The notes under the pieces were generated by a model, which saw only the letters and a program-made list of their open reading frames with translations, had not been told where the DNA came from and made no database searches. A stretch of 64,000 bases of DNA. Origin: a bacterium (lineage in GTDB: Bacteria > UBA8248). Positions 1 through 9,731 of the stretch are shown here, piece by piece; position 1 is the stretch's first letter; each line of letters begins with the position of its first letter. The translations under genes and the position numbers were made by a program. The stretch lies in the NCBI GenBank assembly GCA_965219955.1, contig OZ244799.1, positions 640,001 to 704,000 of the forward strand. Direction: 5' to 3'.

Positions 1-1
1 T

Positions 2-595
2 TTGGGCGTGCACGTTTTCGCCGAGCACAACCTCACGGTCAGCGTCGGGGTGGGATACGTGTTCGGCAGGGATGAATCGGACAGCAGCGGCCTCAGGGGT
101 ATGGGCGATATCGATGACGCCGCTGCCGCCAACCTCAAAATAAAATACGCCATCGGACCGGTTACGCCCTTCATCGGCGCTTCCAGACATTTGGGAGATA
201 TCGACGGGACTTTGGTGGAGGTAGGAGTCGGGGGCATCGTGCCGCTGGCTCTGATGACCGGAGGGATGAATTCGCCAGGCATGGGCGCCGGCGGGCTGAA
301 AGGACCGGCGCTGCAACTCGGCGTATCCGCAACCTGGGCTGACGGCGACTACATGGAAGGCTACTTCGGCGTGAATCCGGTACAGTCCGCCGCCTCGGGC
401 TACGCCCGATACGATGCGGAATCCGGATTCAAATCGGTGGACTTCAAGTTCGGCGTCATCTATCCATTTGCGGAAAACTGGGCGGTGAACGCCCGGGGCG
501 GGTACTCACGATTGCTGGGCGATGCCGCCGACAGTCCAATCGTCAGGGACGATGGCCGCTTTTCCGGCGGTTTGTTTCTGTCTTACCGTTTCTGA
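2..595 (+). CDS. MipA/OmpV family outer-membrane protein (5' truncated by window)
   Basis: YMEGYFGV..QSAASGYARYDA..G and LLGDAADSPIV motifs; C-terminal aromatic YRF typical of beta-barrels. Confidence 0.85.
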   Translation: MGVHVFAEHNLTVSVGVGYVFGRDESDSSGLRGMGDIDDAAAANLKIKYAIGPVTPFIGASRHLGDIDGTLVEVGVGGIVPLALMTGGMNSPGMGAGGLKGPALQLGVSATWADGDYMEGYFGVNPVQSAASGYARYDAESGFKSVDFKFGVIYPFAENWAVNARGGYSRLLGDAADSPIVRDDGRFSGGLFLSYRF

Positions 596-1036
596 TTCAT
601 CGGGTCAATTTTTGAATCGAAGAGCAGCTATTCCACCCTGATGGGTCGGAAGCGTGTGCGTATCTGCTTCATACTTCAGCGCGCGTGGAAACCGGGGGCC
701 GGCATCCGGAGGCGGCGACGATGATGGGTATCTGAAGGATAATGAGAAAAGACCCGGCCCGACGCATCGAGATGTTCGGCAAAGGACCCGAAAAAACAAA
801 GCCGCATTTCCCCGCAGTTGCGGTTGCCGGGTTTTCGTGCGCGTGAGGGAAAATCGCGCGCGGGAAAGAAATCGTTCCCGGCAGCTGGAGGAGGGGAGAA
901 AATGGAGAAGGTGATTCGGCTTGAGGGGCGCGGTCGGCGACCCGCGGATCGGAAAACGCAGTCTTCCCCTCCCCGGGAAAGCCTGACTCTCCCCGGTCGG
1001 AATGGAGTGAGAAAAAATCGATAAAAAGGCTGAAAC

Positions 1037-1070
1037 AATTCGATAAAATAAGATAAATTCACGGGGTTTT
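1037..1070 (+). repeat. 34-bp repeat, inverted copy at 18580-18613
   Basis: AATTCGATAAAATAAGATAAATTCACGGGGTTTT is the exact reverse complement of 18580-18613. Confidence 0.9.
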
Positions 1071-1181
1071 TCTGTAAATTTCCGAAAATTAAATGCGGCG
1101 ATATGCCATAATTGCGCCTGAAAAACGATGGGAAGAGGGGGGCGTACGCTCCCGAACCGATGGCGCAAAAGGAGGCGCGAG

Positions 1182-1625
1182 ATGGGTCTTGTGAGCATCA
1201 ACCATACGAGTTTCACGGTGTCCGACGCCCGGGCGATCGCCGAGTGGTACTGTGAAACCCTTGATTTTACTATCGTTTCGGTCGACACCCGGCCACAGGA
1301 CTACAGCGAGAAGGTGACGGGCATCGCAGGCGCCGACCTTCGCATCGTCTATATTCTGGGTGGAGGCTACCACATCGAGCTGGTCGAATACACCGGCGCG
1401 CCGGGGGTGAAGATAGACACGGCCACGAACAACGTGGGCAGCGCGCACATCGCCTATAACGTCAATGATCTCAAAGGGATGTACGAGGCGTTAGCGCCGA
1501 AGGGGGTGCGGTTCGTCTCGCCGCCCGTGCCCGTCACGCAGGGCCCCAACAAGGGCGGCTTCGTCGTCTATCTCGAAGATCCGGACGGCAACACGCTCGA
1601 ACTCATCGAGAGGCCGGGCGCGTAA
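1182..1625 (+). CDS. VOC/glyoxalase family protein
   Basis: NHTSFTVSD, IELVEY, HIAY and YLEDPDGNTLELIE motifs; AGGAGG RBS before ATG 1182. Confidence 0.88.
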   Translation: MGLVSINHTSFTVSDARAIAEWYCETLDFTIVSVDTRPQDYSEKVTGIAGADLRIVYILGGGYHIELVEYTGAPGVKIDTATNNVGSAHIAYNVNDLKGMYEALAPKGVRFVSPPVPVTQGPNKGGFVVYLEDPDGNTLELIERPGA

Positions 1626-1636
1626 TCCCTTAAAAA

Positions 1637-2356
1637 TCATATCGTTACGCTATCGCCGGGCTTTAAGACGATGATTTCCGTATCGAGGCCGCGCTTCTCG
1701 ACTTCCTCGATGAACGCCTCGGGCGTGCCCGTCAGGTGGGGCAGGCTCGAGTGGTGGATGGGCACGACGCGCTTCGCTTCGAGCAACTCGCACGCCAGCG
1801 CCGCCTGCCGCGCGCCCATGGTGGCCCTGTCCCCGATGGGCAGGCAGCACAGATCAGGCGCGTAGAGGTCGGCGATGATGCGCATATCGCCGAAAACGGC
1901 CGTATCCCCCGCATGATACAGGCGTTTGCCGTCCTCGAAAGTGAGAACGAGACCGCAGGGCTCGCCGGTGTATTTCAGTTCCGGTCCGTAGGCGCCCCCG
2001 TGAAAGGCGTGGGTGAGGGTGAGCTGGACGCCGCCGAAATCGACCGTGCCGTCCTTTCCCATGGGGGTGGCGTGGGCGCCCAGGTCGTATTCGGCATTGA
2101 TGGTGCGGATGAGGTCCATGTGGCCCGCCACCGGGCATGGATTCGCCTCGAAAACGGGGATGACGTCGGCCGTATGGTCGAAATGGCCGTGCGTGAGGCA
2201 GATGAGGTCCGCCTTTTGCGGTGTTTTGAGTTCCGGCGGGCAGACGGGGTTCTTCTCGAGCCAGGGGTCGATGTAGATGGTCTTGCCCCCGTCGGTTTTG
2301 ACCAGAAACGTGGATTGTCCATGAAATATCAGCGTGGCGCCCATGTTTCGCATCAC
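1637..2356 (-). CDS. Metal-dependent hydrolase, metallo-beta-lactamase fold (UPF0173-like)
   Basis: THGHFDH, YHAGDT, LPIGD and PIH motifs. Confidence 0.9.
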   Translation of the reverse strand: MMRNMGATLIFHGQSTFLVKTDGGKTIYIDPWLEKNPVCPPELKTPQKADLICLTHGHFDHTADVIPVFEANPCPVAGHMDLIRTINAEYDLGAHATPMGKDGTVDFGGVQLTLTHAFHGGAYGPELKYTGEPCGLVLTFEDGKRLYHAGDTAVFGDMRIIADLYAPDLCCLPIGDRATMGARQAALACELLEAKRVVPIHHSSLPHLTGTPEAFIEEVEKRGLDTEIIVLKPGDSVTI

Positions 2357-2386
2357 CTCCCATGTGTTTGATTTAGCGAGGGAAAC

Positions 2387-3277
2387 CTATAAATGCTCCC
2401 GGAACCAGGCCGTCGTCTCCTTCAAGGCCATATCGAAGAGATCCGGGTTGTTCACCTGGTAGACGTCGTTGTGGCGTCCCCTGGGAAGCATGACGAGCTT
2501 TTTCGGTTCTCCGCAAGCCGCGTAGCAGGCGTGCGCTTCAGACGGGGGAACCATGACGTCCTCTTCTCCGTAGATGAACAGGACGGGCCGGGGCGAGATT
2601 TTCCCGGCCACCCATTCGGGGCGGTATCGAAAACACGCCTCCACGCTTTCGAGGTCGAGTTCGAGCACTTCCTCGGAACCGTGCTCCTCCAGCGTCATCG
2701 GGGGTTTGGGGTTGTCCGGGTCGTCGCTGTAAATATCGTGGCGGATGATGGTTTCCCGCTCATTGGCCGTGACGCGCTTTTGGGCGGCTTCCTGGACACG
2801 GGACTTGAAGGCGAGCCATTCATAAGGCCTTCTCAATGTTTTCAGCCAGCGTTCGCCGTCGTGAACCCCCACCGCGGAGACGGTCGCCTTCACCCTCTCG
2901 TCGAACGCCGCGGCCCAGATGGCGTGTGCGCCGCCGAAACTCGTGCCATACAGGCCGATTCGCTCGGGGTCCACGCCCTCAACCGTTTGGAGATAGGTGA
3001 TTCCGTCGTAGGTGTCCTGGGCCTGCTCCAGGGGGCGGTGACGCCCGCGAACGCCCTCGCTCACGCCATAGCCGCGATAATCGGGCGCCAGGGTGAAAAA
3101 ACCCGCTTTGCTCAAGTGGATGGGCATGTCGATCGTGGCCAGGTTCTTTCGGCCGCTGTATCCCGTGACGCAGACGATCGCCGGCCGGGGCGGGTCGCCG
3201 GGCCGCCAGTCATCGGGACGATACAGGTGAGCGGCGATTTTGAGACCATCACTGAAATAGGTGATATTTTCGAGCAT
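2387..3277 (-). CDS. Alpha/beta hydrolase (X-Pro dipeptidyl-peptidase/S15-like)
   Basis: DYRGYGVSEG, GTSFGG nucleophile elbow, downstream Asp (GEEDVMVP) and His (GRHN). Confidence 0.85.
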   Translation of the reverse strand: MLENITYFSDGLKIAAHLYRPDDWRPGDPPRPAIVCVTGYSGRKNLATIDMPIHLSKAGFFTLAPDYRGYGVSEGVRGRHRPLEQAQDTYDGITYLQTVEGVDPERIGLYGTSFGGAHAIWAAAFDERVKATVSAVGVHDGERWLKTLRRPYEWLAFKSRVQEAAQKRVTANERETIIRHDIYSDDPDNPKPPMTLEEHGSEEVLELDLESVEACFRYRPEWVAGKISPRPVLFIYGEEDVMVPPSEAHACYAACGEPKKLVMLPRGRHNDVYQVNNPDLFDMALKETTAWFREHL

Positions 3278-3488
3278 TCCCCTTTCCTTTTTGAAGTATT
3301 CAATTATAGTTTATCGGAGCATACCGGGTTTTTGACACAAGGGGCCACCGCTGATAGGAGTAAAGAGGCATACAATGCACGCTCCTTCCTGAAATTTTCG
3401 AGAAACCGGGAGCCTCGTATAATGGTTTCCGAGGGTTTCATCACGGGAATCATCGCACCGCCGCTGAAGAGAGGATGCTGACAACATA

Positions 3489-4817
3489 ATGTCCCGGCAA
3501 AAAGTTTTCATCATTTTCGCCGTTTTGGTTCTTGTAATTGGCGCAGGCATCACCAAGTGGCTGATTGAAAATCGACCCAAACCCCAGGTTGTGAATCCTC
3601 CCGCACCCCGCCGACTCGTTCGAACCATGCTCTTGAAGAAGCAAGACAAGACGTTCTGGGTGAAGGGGTTCGGAACCGTGCGGCCCAAAACCGAACTTTC
3701 CATCGTGCCCGAAGTGTCCGGGAAGGTGATTGAGCGCTCGCCCGGATTCAGGACCGGCGGCTTCATCAAAAAAGGGGATTTGCTGTTTCAAATCGACTCG
3801 GCGGATTACAAACTCGCCATCGATCGGCGCAAGGCGGAAATCGCGCAACTCAGAGCCGATATCGCACGATTGAGGCAGGAGGAGAAGAATCACCGGGCCG
3901 ATCTGGACATCGCCGAGCTCCATATGGAATTGGTTTCTCAGGAAATGGAGCGCAACGAAAGATTGAGAAAACAAGGCGTGATCTCGTCTGGCCAATACGA
4001 TCAGTCGCAACAAAATTTTCTCAGGCAGGAAAGAACAGTCCAGTCAATCAAGAACGTTTTAGCGCTACTTCCCGTACAGTTAAGGCAGAAAAGTGCGGCT
4101 CTCAATGCGAGCCGCTCGGAACTCAAGAGGGCGGTATTGCAGTTATCGCGCACGAAGCTCGTGTCTCCATTCGATGCGCGGGTGCGGGAGACGAGTTTGG
4201 ACGTTGGAGATTTCGCCAGTGCGGGGAAATCCGTGGGAAAGATTTATGACGTGTCGGTGCTTGAGGTTCCGGTTTCCCTCCCCGTCGAGGATGCGCGCTG
4301 GGTGTTTCGCCGCAACCAGGGGACGGCGTTTCCGCGCAGCCAGGAGGAGGTGAAACCCTTTTTGCCCACGGCCCGTGTATCGTGGGGTCAATTTGGAGAG
4401 AAGGTTGAATGGCGAGGGCGGGTGTCGCTGGTCGATTCTGGCCTGGATGAGTCCACCCGCGCGCTCACGCTGGTGGTCGAAATTCCCGAGCCCATGAAGA
4501 ATTGGGTGCCCGGGGAGCATCCTCCCCTTTTCGTGGGAATGTTCGTGGAAGTGAAAATAAAAGGCATCACGATGCCTGACGTGTTTGTTATTCCGCGCGC
4601 CGCATTGCGAGAACGGGATCTTGTGTATTTGTTGGACGAGGAGGGGAAACTCAGAATCCAGAAGGTGGGAGTCATTCGGAAAGATCAGGATGGCGTCATA
4701 ATCAAAAATGGAGTGAACGAAAACGCCCGCATCATTCTTTCCGCGATCCCCGACCCCGTTTCCGGCATGAGACTCGATGAACAAGACGGGATTGCCGGAG
4801 GGGCTTCCGCGCAATGA
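3489..4817 (+). CDS. RND efflux periplasmic adaptor (MFP) subunit
   Basis: N-terminal TM anchor, PEVSGKV lipoyl half-motif, long coiled coil, SPFDARV; overlaps the next gene (ATGA). Confidence 0.9.
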   Translation: MSRQKVFIIFAVLVLVIGAGITKWLIENRPKPQVVNPPAPRRLVRTMLLKKQDKTFWVKGFGTVRPKTELSIVPEVSGKVIERSPGFRTGGFIKKGDLLFQIDSADYKLAIDRRKAEIAQLRADIARLRQEEKNHRADLDIAELHMELVSQEMERNERLRKQGVISSGQYDQSQQNFLRQERTVQSIKNVLALLPVQLRQKSAALNASRSELKRAVLQLSRTKLVSPFDARVRETSLDVGDFASAGKSVGKIYDVSVLEVPVSLPVEDARWVFRRNQGTAFPRSQEEVKPFLPTARVSWGQFGEKVEWRGRVSLVDSGLDESTRALTLVVEIPEPMKNWVPGEHPPLFVGMFVEVKIKGITMPDVFVIPRAALRERDLVYLLDEEGKLRIQKVGVIRKDQDGVIIKNGVNENARIILSAIPDPVSGMRLDEQDGIAGGASAQ

Positions 4818-7800
4818 AGCAAATTCTGGATTGGTCTGCACGTCATACTGTTTTCGCCAACCTTCTCATGGGGATAATGCTGATCATCGGTGTTGTCGCC
4901 GTTTTTCAAATCCGCAGCGAGTTGCTCCCTCAATTCGCCCTCGATCGGGTGAGCGTCAACGTGGCGTGGGAGGGCGCGAGTCCTGCGGAGGTGGAAGAGG
5001 GTATTTGCATCAAGATCGAAGAGGCCCTGACCGGCGTCGAGGGGGTAAAAAAAATCACTTCGGTTGCTTATGAGGGTCGCTGTGAAATTGCCGTGGAACT
5101 ATATAGCTGGATCAAGAACTCCCGAGATTTGATGGAAGATATCCGGAGCGAAATCGATCGTATCAAGACATTGCCCGAGGACATAGAAAGGCCTGTCGTT
5201 TCGGAGGTGAAGCGCATAAATCAAGTAGTCCGTCTTTCCTTGTTCGGCAATGTGTCAGAAGAAGTCCTGAAACGAAAATCCACGGAGATCAAAGATGATT
5301 TGCTGGATTTGCCCAACATTTCAAAGGTGGTTCTGAGCGGCTTGAGAGATTGGGAAATTTCAATCGAAGTCTCTGAGGAGATGTTGCGCCGCTATGGTCT
5401 GACGTTTGATCGGGTGGCGAATATCATTCGCAAGAATGTGCTGGAACTCTCAGGCGGGGATATCCGTTCTGTGGAGCGGAGAATCAGAATCAGGACGTTG
5501 GGAAAGCGTTACACGGGCCCGGAGTTCGAGCGGCTTGAAATACTGACCCAAAAAGACGGGGCCATTCTAAGACTTGGCGATATTGCACGTGTGGTCGACG
5601 CTTTTGAGGATAGCGATACATCGGGCCGATTCAACGGGAAGCCGGCTGCGCTCATCATGGTGTATCGAACCGATGAGGAAGATGCGCTTTCGATTTCGAA
5701 AACGGTAGTTGAATATGTCAAGAGAAAGCGAAAAGAACTGCCCGAAGGATTGGAACTGGCCCATTGGGCGGATACCTCGCGTTTGATACAGGACCGGCTC
5801 GATCTTTTGTTGAGAAACGGTCGCGTCGGACTCGTTTTGGTTTTCCTCTCCATGTGGCTGTTTTTGAACATTCGCCTTTCGTTTTGGGTGGCTATGGGAA
5901 TTCCCGTCTCCCTGTTGACGGCTTTGGGTTTTTTGAACTTTTCCGGCAGCACGCTCAACATGCTCTCGATGTTCGCCTTCATCATGGTTTTAGGGATACT
6001 GGTGGATGACGCCATCGTAGTGGCTGAAAACATCTATTCGCATATGGAAAGAGGAAAGAATCGCGTTCAGGCGGCAATTGACGGCTGTTATGAAGTCGCC
6101 CTGCCGGTTATCGCCACTGTTATGACATCCATTGTGGCTTTCGCTCCCTTGCTGATGGTGGCAGGAACGGTAGGAAAATTCATGGCGGTGCTTCCGGCGG
6201 CCATCATCGCCGCGTTAATCGCTTCTCTCATCGAATCGTTATTCATTCTGCCGGCTCATCTGGGACATTGGGTGCGGCCTCCCAGGGCGGGTGGACTCTC
6301 ATCTCGTATGAGAAACACCATCGATAGAGGCATAAACTGGCTCATCCATCGATTTTATGCGCCAATTCTGGAATTTTGCCTCAACGCCAGGTATCTGGTC
6401 ATCGCCCTGGCTTTGGTGGTTTTTATGGTGACGGTAGGTTTGGCGGTTGGCGGGCATGTGAGGTTTTTGTTTTTCCCAAAAATCGATTCCGATTGGGTGC
6501 ATGTGAAAATTCTGTTTCCGCTGGGAACCCCGATTCGGCAAACGAAAAACGCGGCGCAAAAGATTGAGCAGGCAGCCGTTGCTCTTGACGAGGTTGTTCG
6601 CTCGAAAACGGGTGAACCGGTCGTCAAGCATGTATTTACAATACTGGGTGAGAATATCGACCCGGGCGGCGGGCGCATCGTGGGAGGGAGCCATATGGCG
6701 CAGGTGATCCTCGAGATGCTGCCCTCGGAAGCCAGGGGAATCAGTTCTGAGGAAATCATCAACCGCTGGCGTGAGAATACAGGAGAAATTCCCGATGTAA
6801 CGAGCCTTACTTTCAGTACAGGAGGAGCCGGTCCGCCCGGTGGCAAACCTATAGATGTGCAGTTTTATGGTGATGACATCGGGACTTTGAGAAGAGTAGC
6901 TCAGGAGTTCAAGAGAGAGTTAACCAAATATCCCGGCCTTTATGATGTTCAAGATGATTTCCGGCCCGGGAAGCTTGAGTTCCGAACATCATTGAAGCCG
7001 CAGGCCCGCGTTCTGGGAGTGAATCTGGATGACCTGGGGCGTCAGTTGCGCGCGCGCTTTTTCGGGCTGCAAGTCCTGCGTCTGCAGCGTGGCCGTGATG
7101 ACGTGAAGGTCAAGCTTCGCTATCCATCCGAGGAAAGGCGTTCTCTGGAAGATATCAGGAAAATGAGGGTCAGGACGTCCTCAGGAGCGGAAATTCCTTT
7201 CTATGAGGTGGCGGAAGTCGAGATGATTCAAGGTCTTGATGCAATAAGACGAGTAGCCAGAGCTAGGGCGATTAACGTAACGGCCGAAATCGACCAGGAC
7301 CACGCCAATCCCACCGAGGTTCTGAACGACTTGAATGCGAATTTCTTCCCCAAGCTCCTGAACCGCTATAACGGGGTAGGTATCAGATTCGAGGGTCAGG
7401 CCAAAGAGACGAGTGAATCATTCGCCAGCCTGTTTCGCGCTTTTGCGCTTGCAATGGCCGTTATTTTTGCGATTTTAGCCACTTTGTTCAGAAGCTATTT
7501 CCAGCCCTTTATTGTCATGAGCGCCATTCCGTTTGGGGTCGTTGGCGCAATATGGGGGCATATTGTCATGGGTTTCGATATCTCCATCTTGAGCATGATG
7601 GGGATTTTGGCTCTTACCGGTGTTGTGGTGAACGACTCTTTGGTGCTTTTGGATTTCGCGAACCGAAGTATCAGAGACGGGATGCCTATAGAAGACGCAC
7701 TGCAGCAGGCCGGTGTCGCAAGGTGGAGAGCTATTGTTCTGACGACATTGACGACCGCCGCAGGCTTGGGGCCGATGTTGTTCGAGAAAAGTTTTCAGGC

Positions 7801-7999
7801 GCAATTCTTGATTCCCATGGCAATTAGTTTATGTTTTGGACTGCTTTTCGCCACGGTGATCACACTCGTTCTCGTTCCAGTCATTTCTTTGATAGGCAAC
7901 GACGTCGGGCGTTTTTGGTGGCGCATCTGGACGGGCAGATGGTTGACGAGAGAAGAAGTAGATGTGCATTCTCCTCACAAAGAAGAGATAAGCGTTTAA
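4814..7999 (+). CDS. RND efflux permease (AcrB/AcrD/AcrF family)
   Basis: 1061 aa; GILVDDAIVVAENIY, GVVVNDSLVL and RAIVLTTLTT motifs. Confidence 0.95.
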   Translation: MKQILDWSARHTVFANLLMGIMLIIGVVAVFQIRSELLPQFALDRVSVNVAWEGASPAEVEEGICIKIEEALTGVEGVKKITSVAYEGRCEIAVELYSWIKNSRDLMEDIRSEIDRIKTLPEDIERPVVSEVKRINQVVRLSLFGNVSEEVLKRKSTEIKDDLLDLPNISKVVLSGLRDWEISIEVSEEMLRRYGLTFDRVANIIRKNVLELSGGDIRSVERRIRIRTLGKRYTGPEFERLEILTQKDGAILRLGDIARVVDAFEDSDTSGRFNGKPAALIMVYRTDEEDALSISKTVVEYVKRKRKELPEGLELAHWADTSRLIQDRLDLLLRNGRVGLVLVFLSMWLFLNIRLSFWVAMGIPVSLLTALGFLNFSGSTLNMLSMFAFIMVLGILVDDAIVVAENIYSHMERGKNRVQAAIDGCYEVALPVIATVMTSIVAFAPLLMVAGTVGKFMAVLPAAIIAALIASLIESLFILPAHLGHWVRPPRAGGLSSRMRNTIDRGINWLIHRFYAPILEFCLNARYLVIALALVVFMVTVGLAVGGHVRFLFFPKIDSDWVHVKILFPLGTPIRQTKNAAQKIEQAAVALDEVVRSKTGEPVVKHVFTILGENIDPGGGRIVGGSHMAQVILEMLPSEARGISSEEIINRWRENTGEIPDVTSLTFSTGGAGPPGGKPIDVQFYGDDIGTLRRVAQEFKRELTKYPGLYDVQDDFRPGKLEFRTSLKPQARVLGVNLDDLGRQLRARFFGLQVLRLQRGRDDVKVKLRYPSEERRSLEDIRKMRVRTSSGAEIPFYEVAEVEMIQGLDAIRRVARARAINVTAEIDQDHANPTEVLNDLNANFFPKLLNRYNGVGIRFEGQAKETSESFASLFRAFALAMAVIFAILATLFRSYFQPFIVMSAIPFGVVGAIWGHIVMGFDISILSMMGILALTGVVVNDSLVLLDFANRSIRDGMPIEDALQQAGVARWRAIVLTTLTTAAGLGPMLFEKSFQAQFLIPMAISLCFGLLFATVITLVLVPVISLIGNDVGRFWWRIWTGRWLTREEVDVHSPHKEEISV

Positions 8000-8124
8000 T
8001 TTGGTACTTGGTAGGATGGCCGACGAAACAGTTTGCGGGAAAGTTTGTAATTTTTTCCAAGCAAGATTGCATTCATTCCCAATTTATAATTCCGTGAACA
8101 GATGAAGAAAGAGGATACAGTTTT

Positions 8125-9225
8125 ATGTCTTCACAATTCGATGTGCGCTACGGCGAAGAAATAGGAGACAAGATGGAAGCGGTTGTGATGACCGCGCCCG
8201 AAAAGCTTGAAATTCAATCCGTTCCTGTTCCGGAGCCGGATATCGGAGAAGTGCTTGTCAAAGTGGAGTGTACTACGATTTGTGGTACTGACATCGAAAT
8301 TATCAAAGGCGGACACCTCCCCAATTGGCCACCCAAACTTCCAGCTATCCTGGGGCATGAGTGGGCCGGCAGGATCGTGGCAATGGGTCCTATGACAGAG
8401 GGATTCGGTCTTGAGATGGGTGATGCCGTGGCGGGTACGAGCCATGCTGGATGCGGAGCCTGTCGCATGTGTCTGATCGGACGCTATAACCTTTGCTATA
8501 ATTATGGGAATACAGTCACAGGCCACAGGCAGTATGGGCATATTACGCAGGGTTCGTATGCCGAGTACGTGACAAACAACATACGCGCGTTGCACAGGAT
8601 GCCGGAAAACATGTCTTTTGAATATGGTTCTGCCGTGGATCCCGCTGCTTGTGGTCTCTGGACGGCGAAACGCGCGGGTATCAACCCCGGCGATACTGTT
8701 GTAATTTTAGGTTCTGGACCAATAGGTGCTTTTGCTTATGAATCAGCAAAGGCGATGGGCGCAGGGCGCGTGATTGTCGTGGGTGGTGGCCGGAGACTGA
8801 AAATATTAGAGGAACAAGGCGCTGAAGTTGTAAGCTATCGAGATGGGGGCGTGCCGCAGCGGATAGATGAAATGACGAGCGGGAGAAAAGCCAACGTGGT
8901 GCTGGAGACGGCTGGAACCACGGATAGCTTCAAGTGGAGTGTGGATTGTGGTGGTAAAGGCGCGCGAGTCGCTATTACCGGAATACCGGAAAACATCCCT
9001 GACATGGCATGGAAACGCGTTGTGCTCGAAGAGATGGATATTTTTGGCGTTCGAGCGAATCCCAATTGCGGAGATGAGGTATTATCACTCATTCATGCCG
9101 GTAGAATGAAAGTGGACCCGTATATCACCCATCGTTTTCCTCTCAGGGAATACCAAGAAGCACACGATACGTTTGTAGCTCGAAAGGACGGTGCCTTGCT
9201 CGTGAACCTGACTCCTGGAGAATAA
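8125..9225 (+). CDS. Zinc-binding medium-chain alcohol dehydrogenase (Tdh/sorbitol DH-like)
   Basis: ICGTD, GHEWAG, CGACRMC..C structural Zn site, GSGPIG NAD motif; start could be ATG 8173. Confidence 0.9.
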   Translation: MSSQFDVRYGEEIGDKMEAVVMTAPEKLEIQSVPVPEPDIGEVLVKVECTTICGTDIEIIKGGHLPNWPPKLPAILGHEWAGRIVAMGPMTEGFGLEMGDAVAGTSHAGCGACRMCLIGRYNLCYNYGNTVTGHRQYGHITQGSYAEYVTNNIRALHRMPENMSFEYGSAVDPAACGLWTAKRAGINPGDTVVILGSGPIGAFAYESAKAMGAGRVIVVGGGRRLKILEEQGAEVVSYRDGGVPQRIDEMTSGRKANVVLETAGTTDSFKWSVDCGGKGARVAITGIPENIPDMAWKRVVLEEMDIFGVRANPNCGDEVLSLIHAGRMKVDPYITHRFPLREYQEAHDTFVARKDGALLVNLTPGE

Positions 9226-9632
9226 TGGAAATGTCTCAAGACGAGATGAAGTATGGCGCGAGGATGATAGCGGAGGCGGCACTCGAGGCTGTTCCGAATC
9301 CTTCACAGGAGCGAGATTACGTTGTCGATTTCACGATTCCCGAATTCACTTGCCTTTGTCCGATCAGCAATTTTCCCGACTTCGCAACGATTCGCATCAA
9401 ATACATTCCTGGAGACAAGATCGTAGAGTTGAAATCCCTGAAGCTCTACATCAATAATTACCGGGACCGGGAAATATTTCATGAACAAGTGGTCAGCACC
9501 ATCCTTGATGACATGGTTGAAGTTTGTGAACCGAAGTGGATTTGGATTGAAGGCGATTTTAATGTGAGGGGAAATATCAAAACGAAAATTAGGGCTACTC
9601 ATGGTGTAAGACCACAAGATGTTCCAGAATAG
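9225..9632 (+). CDS. queF: preQ0 (7-cyano-7-deazaguanine) reductase QueF
   Basis: PEFTCLCP..PDFA, ELKSLKLY, FHE and RGNI motifs. Confidence 0.93.
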   Translation: MEMSQDEMKYGARMIAEAALEAVPNPSQERDYVVDFTIPEFTCLCPISNFPDFATIRIKYIPGDKIVELKSLKLYINNYRDREIFHEQVVSTILDDMVEVCEPKWIWIEGDFNVRGNIKTKIRATHGVRPQDVPE

Positions 9633-9731
9633 GCAAATTGCCGATCGAATTTGTACGTTGCGTGGTTAAAGCTATAACAGATTGTCGAATGACAAATAAA
9701 ATTCAGTGGTTTAAGCCATATTTTCTCTGAG

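Noticed and set aside
605-1288. Overlapping ORFs in the mipA-glyoxalase gap
   Set aside because: No recognisable motifs; the region carries non-coding repeats
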